Source: Deltaproteobacteria bacterium (lineage in GTDB: Bacteria; Bdellovibrionota_B; Oligoflexia; Oligoflexales; CAIYRB01). From it: DNA of 64,000 nucleotides. The notes beneath the pieces were generated by a model. It had not been told where the DNA came from. It ran no database searches and was given only the letters and a program-made list of their open reading frames with translations. This document shows positions 38,201 to 46,864 of the stretch, one piece after another; within the stretch, counting starts at the first letter, position 1; every line of letters starts with the position of its first letter. The stretch is from assembly GCA_016874735.1 (NCBI GenBank), contig VGTI01000010.1, positions 18,170-82,169 on the forward strand, in the 5' to 3' direction. The translations under genes were made by a program, and so were the position numbers.

Positions 38201-40870
38201 GATGAGTTTTCCAGTCTCGCTGAGTACACCGCCAACCAGCTGGAAGTAGACGACTTTGTATGCAACACCCGCGTAGATGTCGCGGCTTAGTGGTTGACCG
38301 AGCAGCTCCCTATAAACTGCAAGTGCGTGACCATGTCGCTTTTGTACTGCCGCTAAGTCTGCCAAAGTTTCCTGCACTTGGGCGCGCTCCTCGGCAGTGG
38401 AGATGTCATCCTTCCACTGATTCATGATGCGCCAGGCGTTCTCATAGTAGCGTTCTGCTGTCTGCCAAGATCCGCTGCGGTAGGCGGCCGAACCAGCTAA
38501 GTTATCGTATTTCAGGCAGCGCTCAGCTACGCCCTGGTCTTCGGTCACTCCTTGATTCAGGGTTGAATTAAAGTGGTGAGCCAGAGCGAAGAGAATTTTT
38601 TCCGATGGATTGGGTACCGAGGCCTCAATCTTCTCGCCAATGGCCTTGTGGAGCTTACGGCGCGTTTCTGGCTCGATCCCGTCGTAGATGGCGTCGCGCG
38701 CCTTCTTGTGGGCAAACATGAAGGTTTTGCCGAGGTGGCGCAGTTCCGGATCGTCCGTGATGCGCACGACGAGGCCGTCATCCATGGCCCTCTGAACAGC
38801 TTTCATCACCGATACACTTTGGCCGCGACCATCGACCAGGAGGATTTCAAACTGAAAGGTTAAACCCACAGTGGCGGCAATGCCGAGCACGTGCCGCTCG
38901 AATTCGCCGTACTCCTGAATACGACTGAGAATGAGGTCAATCGTATTTAAGGGCAGCGAGGCGCTGCGCAGTGTGTTGACGTCGTATTCCCAAAGTCCAG
39001 CTTGCGACCTAGGGTAAATTAAGTCGCGTGCAACCAAAGTTCGCGTGAGTTCGACCAGGTGCATGGGGTTGCCCTTGCACTGCTCGTCCAGATACTCCAC
39101 CAGCTCGTCGCTGACACTCTCGGGGGATGATAGCATGTTGCTGACGATGCCGCGGATACTGTCAGCACTGACGCGGTCGAGCTCTATCTCACTGAAGCGC
39201 CGCTTGAGCTTGCGGAATTTCTCGATAAAGTGAACGAACCTGGCATTGACGCGATGCATACCAGTGCGCTGGCTGACGACTAGATAAAAGCGCAGGGAAT
39301 TGGCGTTTGAAAAGAACGAGTCGATGAGATCCAGACTTTTGTCATCAGCCCAATGAAGATCGTGAAAGAGGAATACAATCGGTTGATTGTCGGTACCAAG
39401 GCACTTAGTGAAATCAGAAAACGCCTTGGCAAACGTCGCGAATGCGTCGGGATTGGTCGTCAGATCCTGATTACTGGAATTGTTGTCGTTTTCATTGTCA
39501 GCGACACCAACCAGATAGGGTTTAAGTCCTGGGACGATTTCTGCAATACGGTGGGCTTCCGGTCCTAAAGTAGTCTTGATACGCCGGCGTAGCTCTTCGG
39601 CCTCGTGCGGGTGGTTCTTCAGCACGCGGTGCAGATATTCGTTGAAGGCATTAGCCAGAGCATTGAAAGGTAGGGCATTTTCATGTTGTGAAAATTGGCC
39701 ACTGACAAAGCGCACTTTGCGCCGGATCAAATGGGCCTGAAATTCTGTCATGAGGCGTGATTTGCCTATACCTGCAGGCCCGCGGACCAGAGTGAGACGA
39801 CTCCGACCCTTGTCTTTGGCAACACCATCGTATTCACTAATTAGCGTGGTGAGTTCGCGGTCGCGGCCAACCATAGTTAACTGCGCTGACACGGCTTGGA
39901 ATCGGTCGCGCAGACCAAGAGGGAACGAAATGGTACTGATGCCCTTACCCTTTTCGAAAAGGGTCTTGGCGCGGATCAGATCGGCGTGTAGCGCGAACGC
40001 GGTTTGGTAGCGGTCGTTCGGGTGCTTGGCCAATAATTTGTGGACAATGCGCTCGATCTGCACCGGGACGTCGGGGCGCACGACCGTCAGCGGTTCGGGT
40101 TCGGCGAACACGTGTTGCTTCTCGAGCTTATCGCGCGTACTGGCCGTAAAGGGCGGTTTACCCGCGAGTAGCTCGTAAAGCACGCAACCGAGCGAGTACA
40201 GATCGACGCGGTGATCGACGGGTGCTTGCATGAGCGACGTTTGTTCTGGGGCCATGTAGAGGGGCGTACCGGCTGCTTCTTCGAAGTTTTTCCCGTCACT
40301 GTCACGGCCCGTGTTCATGGCTTCGGCCAACTGGGCGATACCGAAGTCGAGCACTTTGACGAGCACGCCCCTTTGGTCGCGCCACGCTTGGCCGACGATG
40401 ATGTTGTGAGGCTTGATGTCGCGATGGATGATGTTTTTACCGTGCGTATAATCAAGCGCGGTCGACACTTGCAGGCCCACTTGGAAAAAGTAGGCCAAAT
40501 CCTTACGTCCATCTCTAGCCAGGCTTTGCTTGAGGTTGGCTCCGTCGGCAATCTCCATCACTATGTAGTAGCCAGCACCGAAGTCGTCCTCGTCGTCGGG
40601 ATCGCGCCCGAAAAGACCAAGTTCGTGGAACACCACGATGTTCGGGTGATGCAACTGACTCATGAGTGAGGCTTCTTTTTGGAAGCGCATGAGATCGTCG
40701 TAGCCCAGTTTGCCCGAGCGCTGGATCACCTTAATGGCCACCGAGTGAGACGGGTCGTCGAAGGGTATTGCTTTGAAAACGACACCCATGCCGCCCTTAC
40801 CGATCTCACCGGTAATGCAGTAGCGGTCAGCGATACGCTTACCGACTAATCTGTGGGTGTTGTTTGACAA
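35291..40870 (-). CDS. Giant Ser/Thr protein kinase - AAA_16/STAND ATPase - helical solenoid - GAF-like - degenerate SpoIIE-like protein
   Basis: Kinase motifs GKGGMGVVFKA, VAIK, HRDIKPHN, DFGIA and GTPLYMAPE are present. Walker A is GPAGIGKS and Walker B is LFHDLHWAD. The ORF is open to the TTG at 40948. I prefer the TTG at 40870 because GAGGAAGG lies 7 nt upstream. Confidence 0.9.
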   Translation of the reverse strand: MSNNTHRLVGKRIADRYCITGEIGKGGMGVVFKAIPFDDPSHSVAIKVIQRSGKLGYDDLMRFQKEASLMSQLHHPNIVVFHELGLFGRDPDDEDDFGAGYYIVMEIADGANLKQSLARDGRKDLAYFFQVGLQVSTALDYTHGKNIIHRDIKPHNIIVGQAWRDQRGVLVKVLDFGIAQLAEAMNTGRDSDGKNFEEAAGTPLYMAPEQTSLMQAPVDHRVDLYSLGCVLYELLAGKPPFTASTRDKLEKQHVFAEPEPLTVVRPDVPVQIERIVHKLLAKHPNDRYQTAFALHADLIRAKTLFEKGKGISTISFPLGLRDRFQAVSAQLTMVGRDRELTTLISEYDGVAKDKGRSRLTLVRGPAGIGKSRLMTEFQAHLIRRKVRFVSGQFSQHENALPFNALANAFNEYLHRVLKNHPHEAEELRRRIKTTLGPEAHRIAEIVPGLKPYLVGVADNENDNNSSNQDLTTNPDAFATFAKAFSDFTKCLGTDNQPIVFLFHDLHWADDKSLDLIDSFFSNANSLRFYLVVSQRTGMHRVNARFVHFIEKFRKLKRRFSEIELDRVSADSIRGIVSNMLSSPESVSDELVEYLDEQCKGNPMHLVELTRTLVARDLIYPRSQAGLWEYDVNTLRSASLPLNTIDLILSRIQEYGEFERHVLGIAATVGLTFQFEILLVDGRGQSVSVMKAVQRAMDDGLVVRITDDPELRHLGKTFMFAHKKARDAIYDGIEPETRRKLHKAIGEKIEASVPNPSEKILFALAHHFNSTLNQGVTEDQGVAERCLKYDNLAGSAAYRSGSWQTAERYYENAWRIMNQWKDDISTAEERAQVQETLADLAAVQKRHGHALAVYRELLGQPLSRDIYAGVAYKVVYFQLVGGVLSETGKLIEATLRLIRQQVPRVNVFAMARLVMSLITDLMPIKWQKKRMQAILRFAHQRRKEDGDVQDRKYPAIRLFMIGAQLYMRDHKRMALLYHDAALRLALSGQSSAASAIKIVAERAAILGYIGSTRTAYRFLDFAMELARNANEVSVYGYVALLRAMTLDYMKGRHEEVSANLKEAMGTLRPNEDRLMYGLGLTFKVFRELMKCNFEAVLRYSMQLPDVIPTRNWLSPRCISFMLYGFLLQGSRDSIVRHGQSFLKRRQRVSSRSQDPFINIILTIVSFARGETDRVRDYYLMSMNDFSSGNRDSFLLPFEEDFIGLFAFTVPILYEQEYGRALMRSAEMHVLLMRLRSRILRIKGQNRPIPLLLRARLGELTGEPKNVRMLYDLSLKTSQNNNLIQVLGYLWFGTHLVEHVNTKKVDYLRRALTIAHKSGLTTMVEYIAKLMEKKQINFRDIDPRRTVKSTAAEAATPRDNLKSRLCAVNLNHLCDALASRTPLLESLAVSTSLLSKHYSFAQTFCIVTDQAGQARIIHTTASGRPPEELLAYIEPYLNIRSTLFLPLTDAPWSKNNNDDDLPALPPPPRAQDPQMELGESTLGSTPRLSSEDDEDFEDSTTVIMGAAGGRNFRDHTGTSNFTRTRRATNAGEPAARRRTGPAMRMSALVPLRSNNGSIGLFFVEDIALGRDTTSCRMELDQFGAQLALLFERQLPARLTNASTRNTVGTERIEYASATISLEPVPWLRVWNHGRLRTQRETSWYLGLNFGPNNYVIAYCMIAGSENLRDHVGSMIWHHLMVVRAISVASGRNRFEASELREEFSLLLASMPNADQLEGITLAFTIFNRETKTAASGHFGSARPFVIGTDNAVSPQNEVVLTYAQGRDLRYWDISASLNGPHTYILSYDTSKLDATLEDAAQRRVASNVGQIQTVDELHRLLTSVVIEANLPRYYLAAVMIEHRDEEQLPPELPYPPLDKAE

Positions 40871-41044
40871 TTTTAGGCCTTCCTCTAGGGCGTTGGCTGC
40901 CTGGCCAAATTCATTGGTCCTTGCGTCCTCGTGTTGTTTCGGTCTCAAGGCGGCAAAACTTTATCGGCAAGAATTGCCGCCAGCCCCCTGTTAGGCATGC
41001 CAAACATCTGTTATCCTTGAAAACTTAGTCATTAAGGGGGGTGC

Positions 41045-41704
41045 ATGCCAAGCGCAGCTGCGGGGGCCATGATGCTGACTTCGCTGGCCACTGTGGCCGG
41101 ATTTTGTTCGTCAGCACCGCTTGGGGCGATTAACTTGTGGGTGACCGACCGGATCCTTGACCGTCGTCAGGTGGCCCTGACGTCCTATCTACTCGGTGTC
41201 ATCATGGCAGACGGGGCGCATGCCGTCTTGGCCGCGTGGGGCTACCACGCCTTTTTTGACGAAGGCCCTATTGCCGGATGGCTCAGCATTGCTGGTGGCA
41301 TCTTTCTCGTCGTGATGGGAGGTTTGAGCATCCTGCAACGCATGCGGCGATCCCCAGGCCCCATCACCGGGGATCTGCAAACGACGTCGGGCCGCCCTCT
41401 CAGTGAGTTTCTTCTTGGCAGTCTCATGTGCGGAGCAAATCCCGGCTTTTTGGCCTTTTGGGTGTTTGCCATCAATCAGATTGAGCGGCAAACCGGCGTG
41501 GCCGTCGTCGGGTGGCAGTTGGCGCCTTTTCTCCTGGGGATCGGGCTAGGCGACGGCATTTGGTTCTGGCTTCTGATGCGTCTCGTGCGCCGTGGCCGCG
41601 AGAGCGTGCAACCGCGCCTTTTGGCGTCTTTGCGGCTGGCTATAGCGACGGCCTTCATATTTATCGGAATTATTGCTGTATATCATGGTTTCAAAATACC
41701 GTGA
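41045..41704 (+). CDS. LysE/RhtB-type exporter
   Basis: The 219-aa product has about 6 TM segments with LysE-like size and topology. The motif support is weak. Confidence 0.6.
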   Translation: MPSAAAGAMMLTSLATVAGFCSSAPLGAINLWVTDRILDRRQVALTSYLLGVIMADGAHAVLAAWGYHAFFDEGPIAGWLSIAGGIFLVVMGGLSILQRMRRSPGPITGDLQTTSGRPLSEFLLGSLMCGANPGFLAFWVFAINQIERQTGVAVVGWQLAPFLLGIGLGDGIWFWLLMRLVRRGRESVQPRLLASLRLAIATAFIFIGIIAVYHGFKIP

Positions 41705-41800
41705 GGCCTGTATGCTGGGGTGTGTCACGACCGTCACCCATGGTGGTCCGGACCGGATGACTCCAGTTCACTCCCGTTGATTCTGTTTGTGAGAGGGTTT

Positions 41801-43309
41801 ATGAGCGAGCTAGGCCATACCACGACGCCACGATTTGTTCCTGATACTGTCGGTTTGAGCGACCTGAAAGGTGACCATCGCACTGTGCGGCACTGCAAGA
41901 TAGTCGGTACTCTGGGTCCAGCATCGTCTAACGAGCAGACGCTCCGCGAATTGATCGAGGCTGGCCTGGACATCGCACGCCTCAACTTTTCTCATGGCAC
42001 CCACGACACTCATCGTAAAAATATCGAGATGGTGCGCCGTATCTCGCGTGAATGCGGGCGCCATGTTTCTCTGCTCCAAGACTTGCAGGGTCCCAAGATT
42101 CGGACAGGTAAAATCTTGGGTGACAAGATTGAAGTCGTCTCGGGTCAGACCTATACGCTAGCCTACGGTGTCGAGCAGACGACGCCGGAGATCATACCTA
42201 TTGATTACCGGGAGCTGGTGCACGATGTGCAGGTGGGGCAGCGGGTTTTGATGGACGACGGACTCTTGGCGTTCAAGATCGAGAAGATCGAGGGCACCAA
42301 TGTGATCGTGAGTTGCCTGGACGGTGGGACGCTTAAGAGCCGCAAGGGTGTCAACTTCCCCGAGGCTAAGCTGTCGCTGCCAGCTCTGACGGAAAAGGAT
42401 AGCCGTGACTTGCTCTTTGGTGTCAGTCACGGTGTCGATTTTGTGGCCTTGTCTTTTGTCCAGCGCCCTGAGGACATCCTGCAGGTCAAGAAGATGATTG
42501 CCGCCCTCGGCTCTGATATCCCGGTTGTCGCTAAAATTGAAAAGTTATCGGCGATTGATGAGATAGACGAAATTTGTAAGGTTTCCGATGGTCTCATGGT
42601 GGCGCGTGGCGACCTCGGCGTTGAGGGTAGTGTCGAGCGCGTGCCGGGCTTTCAAAAGCGGATCATCGAATCTGCCGCTCGTTTTGCCAAGCCGGTGATC
42701 ATCGCAACACAGATGCTTGAGTCCATGATTGAAAACCCTGAGGCGACCTTGGCTGAGGTGGCCGACGTTGCTAACGGCGTGCTCGACGGTGCTGATTGCC
42801 TGATGCTGTCGGGTGAGGTGGCCAGCGGTAAATATCCTGTTCAGTGCGTACGCACGATGGCTGGCATCATCAACGAGGTCGAGGGCTGGACGCTCAAGCG
42901 CCCGGTGCGTTACCAAACTAATTTTCTGGGTCAGCAAGATCATTGGGAGGAGCACGAGGCCATTGCGCGTGCCGCTTGCGAAGCTGCTGACGAGTTGAAT
43001 GCCAAAGCTATCGTGTGTCTGAGTCTTACCGGTGCGATCGCTAGATCCATTGCCAAGTGGCGGCCACATACTCCCGTGATTGCGATGAGTCCGCGGCGCG
43101 ACGTGGTTCAGCGCTTGGTCAACGTGTGGGGCGTCTATGCGATGCAGAATCCGTTGTTCTACAATACGGATGTGCTGCTGCAAGACTTACCCCAGTTACT
43201 GAAGAGCCTGGGTATGGTTAAGACCGGCGATTTAATTGTCATCACCGCCGGTATTCCGATCAACCATATGAAGCCGACTAACATGATCAAGATCAATCGG
43301 ATTCCCTAG
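41801..43309 (+). CDS. pyk: Pyruvate kinase
   Basis: KIVGTLGPAS, NFSHG and MVARGDLGVE are present. I trimmed the start to the ATG at 41801. Confidence 0.92.
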   Translation: MSELGHTTTPRFVPDTVGLSDLKGDHRTVRHCKIVGTLGPASSNEQTLRELIEAGLDIARLNFSHGTHDTHRKNIEMVRRISRECGRHVSLLQDLQGPKIRTGKILGDKIEVVSGQTYTLAYGVEQTTPEIIPIDYRELVHDVQVGQRVLMDDGLLAFKIEKIEGTNVIVSCLDGGTLKSRKGVNFPEAKLSLPALTEKDSRDLLFGVSHGVDFVALSFVQRPEDILQVKKMIAALGSDIPVVAKIEKLSAIDEIDEICKVSDGLMVARGDLGVEGSVERVPGFQKRIIESAARFAKPVIIATQMLESMIENPEATLAEVADVANGVLDGADCLMLSGEVASGKYPVQCVRTMAGIINEVEGWTLKRPVRYQTNFLGQQDHWEEHEAIARAACEAADELNAKAIVCLSLTGAIARSIAKWRPHTPVIAMSPRRDVVQRLVNVWGVYAMQNPLFYNTDVLLQDLPQLLKSLGMVKTGDLIVITAGIPINHMKPTNMIKINRIP

Positions 43310-43328
43310 TGCCGCTCGGCCTTTGGTA

Positions 43329-44624
43329 TCACTTGCGACATAATGGATAGTAGTCGTCAGCGTTTTCGTTGCCATCTTTTTTAGGAAAGGTGGCACCTAC
43401 AGCCTGTACGATTAGACCTGGGTCTCTGATGAGTTCCTTGCTGACGCCGTCGATGTCGAAGAATTCGCCGTCGACGAAAAATTTGTTAGCCCGGTCGTAG
43501 AAGTGCGGCAGCCATGTCATGTCCATGCCGGGATGGTCGTAGCGGGAGAGGAACGAATGCGGCACCCCGCGGTAAAAGCACATGTCCATCTTGAACTTGA
43601 AGTTATCTTGTACGGATTTGTAAACGCCTTTAGTTGCCCGCGTGTCCGAGCCATCATCGAATTCAACTGTCGCGATTTGAATCTGTGTCTGCGGTGCCAC
43701 TGAGTTGCGCGTATTCGCCTTTTTATTAGCAAGGGCGCGGATGCTGTCGCTGTATTTGACCACGGCGGCAATATGGAACAAGGTGGTGTCACAGATGCCA
43801 GCACGCCCATTGGTATTTTGTTTGTAGCAGCCGTTGCCCCAGCGCAGCTCTTGCTTGTCTTTGGGAATCCAGTCGGTCTTTTGGGTGATCATGGCGCGAC
43901 GGAGATCGCCTTCGATCTTTAATTTAGCGTTGGCATAAAAGGCTCCCCAACGTGCCCTAAGTCCATCGTTCTCAGGTTCCACCGGGCGCCAGAAGTTATC
44001 CGGTGGTACGGTGAAAAACGGCGCGAGTAGTAATGCCCGTTGGTAGAGCCCTGGGGCTTGCAGGACGGCACCGAGTGCCAGGGCCCCTCCGACCGACAGT
44101 CCACCGATCATACGTTCGCCGGGTGCTTTGCGTACGATGTCGTTCATGGCATTGACAAAGTCACGGTAGACTTCGTCCCCGTCCTTTTCGATCCGCGGGA
44201 TGAACTCATGGTAGCGAGCCCGGCTCTCCGGCGTATCACCGGAGACTTGCGCGGGGGCGCGTCCTTGTCCAGGAAGCGTTGGGATTAAGACATGAAACCC
44301 GCGGGCATTCAGGTTATCGCGCATTTCGTAGAACTGCTGCGTGCAGGCCGTGTAGCCATGAAAGAAGATGGCTGTTCCCTTATAGGGGACGTCACGTGAG
44401 GCTTTGGCGAATACCGGCCGGCAGTTTTCCTGCACCTCGTAGGGGTAATGCTTGGCAAAATTGGTGACAAAATAGTCGTTCCAGGCTGCCTCAAGCGCCT
44501 CAGTGGCATCGTCGGACTTAGCGGCACTGACGGGATCTCTCAGAATGGGCCTACAGGCGGTGGTGGCACTCAAGACTATTAGTGATAAGGCGCTAAAATA
44601 CTTCGGGAAGTTCACCGTCACCAT
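43329..44624 (-). CDS. Alpha/beta-hydrolase lipoprotein (esterase/lipase-like)
   Basis: I trimmed the start to the ATG at 44624 (lipobox ATTAC). FFHGYTAC (oxyanion HG) and the nucleophile elbow GLSVG are present. Confidence 0.7.
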   Translation of the reverse strand: MVTVNFPKYFSALSLIVLSATTACRPILRDPVSAAKSDDATEALEAAWNDYFVTNFAKHYPYEVQENCRPVFAKASRDVPYKGTAIFFHGYTACTQQFYEMRDNLNARGFHVLIPTLPGQGRAPAQVSGDTPESRARYHEFIPRIEKDGDEVYRDFVNAMNDIVRKAPGERMIGGLSVGGALALGAVLQAPGLYQRALLLAPFFTVPPDNFWRPVEPENDGLRARWGAFYANAKLKIEGDLRRAMITQKTDWIPKDKQELRWGNGCYKQNTNGRAGICDTTLFHIAAVVKYSDSIRALANKKANTRNSVAPQTQIQIATVEFDDGSDTRATKGVYKSVQDNFKFKMDMCFYRGVPHSFLSRYDHPGMDMTWLPHFYDRANKFFVDGEFFDIDGVSKELIRDPGLIVQAVGATFPKKDGNENADDYYPLCRK

Positions 44625-44743
44625 CCTTGTTGAGGTCTTTTTAAAATTATAGAACCCCGAAGGCTGCACGGTCAAAAAAGGTGGGTATGGTGGGCTGTAA
44701 TGACTGGATATTTTATTAAAATTTAAATTTTTAACATTAAAAT

Positions 44744-44772
44744 TTGACATTATTTTATGGTTTTTGTATAAA
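44744..44772 (+). promoter_or_regulatory. Near-consensus sigma70 promoter
   Basis: TTGACA - 17 nt - TATAAA sits in an AT-rich intergenic stretch. It is followed at 44779..44797 by a 7-bp hairpin (ATCGGTG/CACCGAT). Confidence 0.5.
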
Positions 44773-44890
44773 CGGGTTATCGGTGTCCCCCACCGATTTC
44801 AGTTAAGAGACTCCCTACATTCCCCTTTCCTGCTGTCACCTGTATCCCCTGAGAATCCCTTGAGCACCCCCTTGATTTTGGAGTTAATCC

Positions 44891-46216
44891 TTGTTGAACC
44901 TCTCGAGTCCTCTCGTCCGTCACCTCATTCCCACAGCCATGATAGGAGCCGTCAGTTGGTTCAGCTCGCAGGTTGCGCTGAGCCAGGAAGATGCATCGTC
45001 CAGTTTTGAATCACCTGTAACCGCAAGTGACGAAGTCGGTGGTAGCGATGTTGAAGGCGCTACGACTGCCGATAGCGACATGTTTGGCACTGAAGCTGAA
45101 GTCGCTACCAATGAAGGCACCGACTCGGTCGGCGCCTCGAGTGACGAGGCAGCTGGCGGCGCGTCTCAGGACGCAAAACCAGCCAAGAAGGCCAAAGCCA
45201 AACGTCACCGGTTAGCGAAAAAGAAGAGCCGCAAACATGCCAAGAAAGCTGTCGTAGCTGAAGAAGCCCCGGCAACGGCTCCTGAAAAAGTTTCGGAAAA
45301 AGTACCCGAACAAGCTCCCGAAAAAACTCTGACCGAAGCCAAGAACCCGGAAAGCAACGCCAAGCCTGAAGTAGCCACCCAAGAGACCACGTCCCCCGCT
45401 GCCGTAGCACCTGTGGCGACGACGACCCCTGGTGCGACCGTTGCCGATGGTAGTCCCCTGAATTTAGATAACTTAGGCATGTCGATCACTCCCCCCAAAG
45501 GCTGGGAAGTGCAGACGCAGAATGGTTCCTTGTCTGTGATCATGCGTGAACCTGCGGTAGCCAACGCGCAGCCTGGGGAGACCAAGTATCAGCGCAACAT
45601 CACCATTGCGGCGATTCATAAAGCCTCACCGATAGACGAAAAGCGCGCCACCGAGCTTAAAGCTGAATTGATGAGTAAATTTGGCAGTGACGGCTCGCTA
45701 AGCGACTTTAAAGTGGGTGAGCACAAGTTCTTCAACTTCCACGGTAACAACGACGGTCTCCTTGTTTACTCGACGATGACTGTCCGTGAATTCCCGATGA
45801 TGCAGATGCACATCTTAGTCTCGGGCAAAGACAAGCAGTTCCTCCTCACCTACACCGACCTGGCAAGCCAATTCGGCGCTGAAAAAGACCCTGCCTACGC
45901 AGCGGCCTGGGACAGCATGGTGTCGATTCAAGTCAAAGGTCAGGCACCGACGCGCTTTGACCTCTACAAGAATCACCTTATTGCCGGTGGTACGGGCCTC
46001 TTCCTCCTGCTTGTCGGTTGGATCCTACGTCGTCGTGCTGCAAACGTCGACTTTAAGGGTGAAGCCGATGCGCTCATCGACAGCGAGGACAGCCTGACGT
46101 TCGATGCTAGCAAGGCCCCCAAAACGGTGGTCTCGCAGGTTTCCGCAGCGGTCACGCCGCTGTCGCATGCTCCAGCATCGAGCACCTCGAACTTCTCCTT
46201 TATCTCTAGCTTCTAA
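44891..46216 (+). CDS. Secreted/membrane-anchored protein with acidic-Lys-rich low-complexity region and C-proximal TM
   Basis: The start is TTG with GGAG 7 nt upstream. It has a signal-like N-terminus and a KPAKKAKAKRHRLAKKKSRKHAKK stretch. TM segment LIAGGTGLFLLLVGWIL lies about 75 aa from the end. Confidence 0.6.
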   Translation: MLNLSSPLVRHLIPTAMIGAVSWFSSQVALSQEDASSSFESPVTASDEVGGSDVEGATTADSDMFGTEAEVATNEGTDSVGASSDEAAGGASQDAKPAKKAKAKRHRLAKKKSRKHAKKAVVAEEAPATAPEKVSEKVPEQAPEKTLTEAKNPESNAKPEVATQETTSPAAVAPVATTTPGATVADGSPLNLDNLGMSITPPKGWEVQTQNGSLSVIMREPAVANAQPGETKYQRNITIAAIHKASPIDEKRATELKAELMSKFGSDGSLSDFKVGEHKFFNFHGNNDGLLVYSTMTVREFPMMQMHILVSGKDKQFLLTYTDLASQFGAEKDPAYAAAWDSMVSIQVKGQAPTRFDLYKNHLIAGGTGLFLLLVGWILRRRAANVDFKGEADALIDSEDSLTFDASKAPKTVVSQVSAAVTPLSHAPASSTSNFSFISSF

Positions 46217-46250
46217 CCTCTCTAGCTACTCTGGAGCACTGCTCCACCGT

Positions 46251-46293
46251 CCCGGCGACAGCTGCGCCTCACCAAAGGCAGGCCGTCGCCGGG
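46251..46293 (+). terminator. Stem-loop downstream of the 441-aa gene
   Basis: CCCGGCGAC (46251..46259) pairs with GTCGCCGGG (46285..46293). The loop is 25 nt and a short T-containing tail follows. Confidence 0.35.
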
Positions 46294-46362
46294 ATTCTTA
46301 GTTGACCTTGGTTGGTGATCCATGCTGAATTTGGGCAGGCCTTTTCACGAATTAGGACGGAC

Positions 46363-46848
46363 ATGAAAGAATCTAAAGCAGCTACAGCTCCGATTGACGC
46401 CCGCCGCTGGTTCGTAGATGAGCTCAAGAGATACTTGGCGCGTAAAAACTTGAAGCAGACCAAGCAGCGTCAGGCCTTGATCGATGTCTTTCTTGGCACC
46501 GCCACCCATGTCTCGGCCGAGGAGCTCCATGCCGCGGCGCGGGCTGCGGGGCTCGATGTTGGGCTAGCTACGGTCTATCGGACGCTCAATCTGCTGGTTG
46601 AGGCCAAATTAGTGGAGCAAAAGCAGTTCAGTGAGGGGCGCTTCGTCTACGAGATTGCCCAGCCTGGAGGCCACCATGATCACCTGATCTGCCTTGATTG
46701 TGGCGTGGTCATCGAATTTGCCAACGATGAGATTGAACGCCTGCAGGAGAAGGTGGCCGCCGCGCATAAGTTTAAGCTGACCAGTCACAGGCTGGACCTG
46801 TTCGGTCACTGCCAAAGGCAAACTTGCGAGCGACGGCCTGGTAACTGA
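46363..46848 (+). CDS. fur: Fur-family metalloregulator
   Basis: LATVYRTLNLL and HHDHLICLDCG..IEF are present, with a C-terminal Cys pair. The start is the ATG at 46363. Confidence 0.88.
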   Translation: MKESKAATAPIDARRWFVDELKRYLARKNLKQTKQRQALIDVFLGTATHVSAEELHAAARAAGLDVGLATVYRTLNLLVEAKLVEQKQFSEGRFVYEIAQPGGHHDHLICLDCGVVIEFANDEIERLQEKVAAAHKFKLTSHRLDLFGHCQRQTCERRPGN

Positions 46849-46864
46849 GTCTGAAATTGCACGC

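Noticed and set aside
29622-40948. The idea that the kinase gene and the tatA/ArsA-like/Mla genes form one operon or system.
   Set aside because: They are co-directional. However, a 95-nt gap with a plausible promoter (35226..35253) separates the kinase from tatA, and a functional link is pure speculation without synteny data. I kept them as separate findings.
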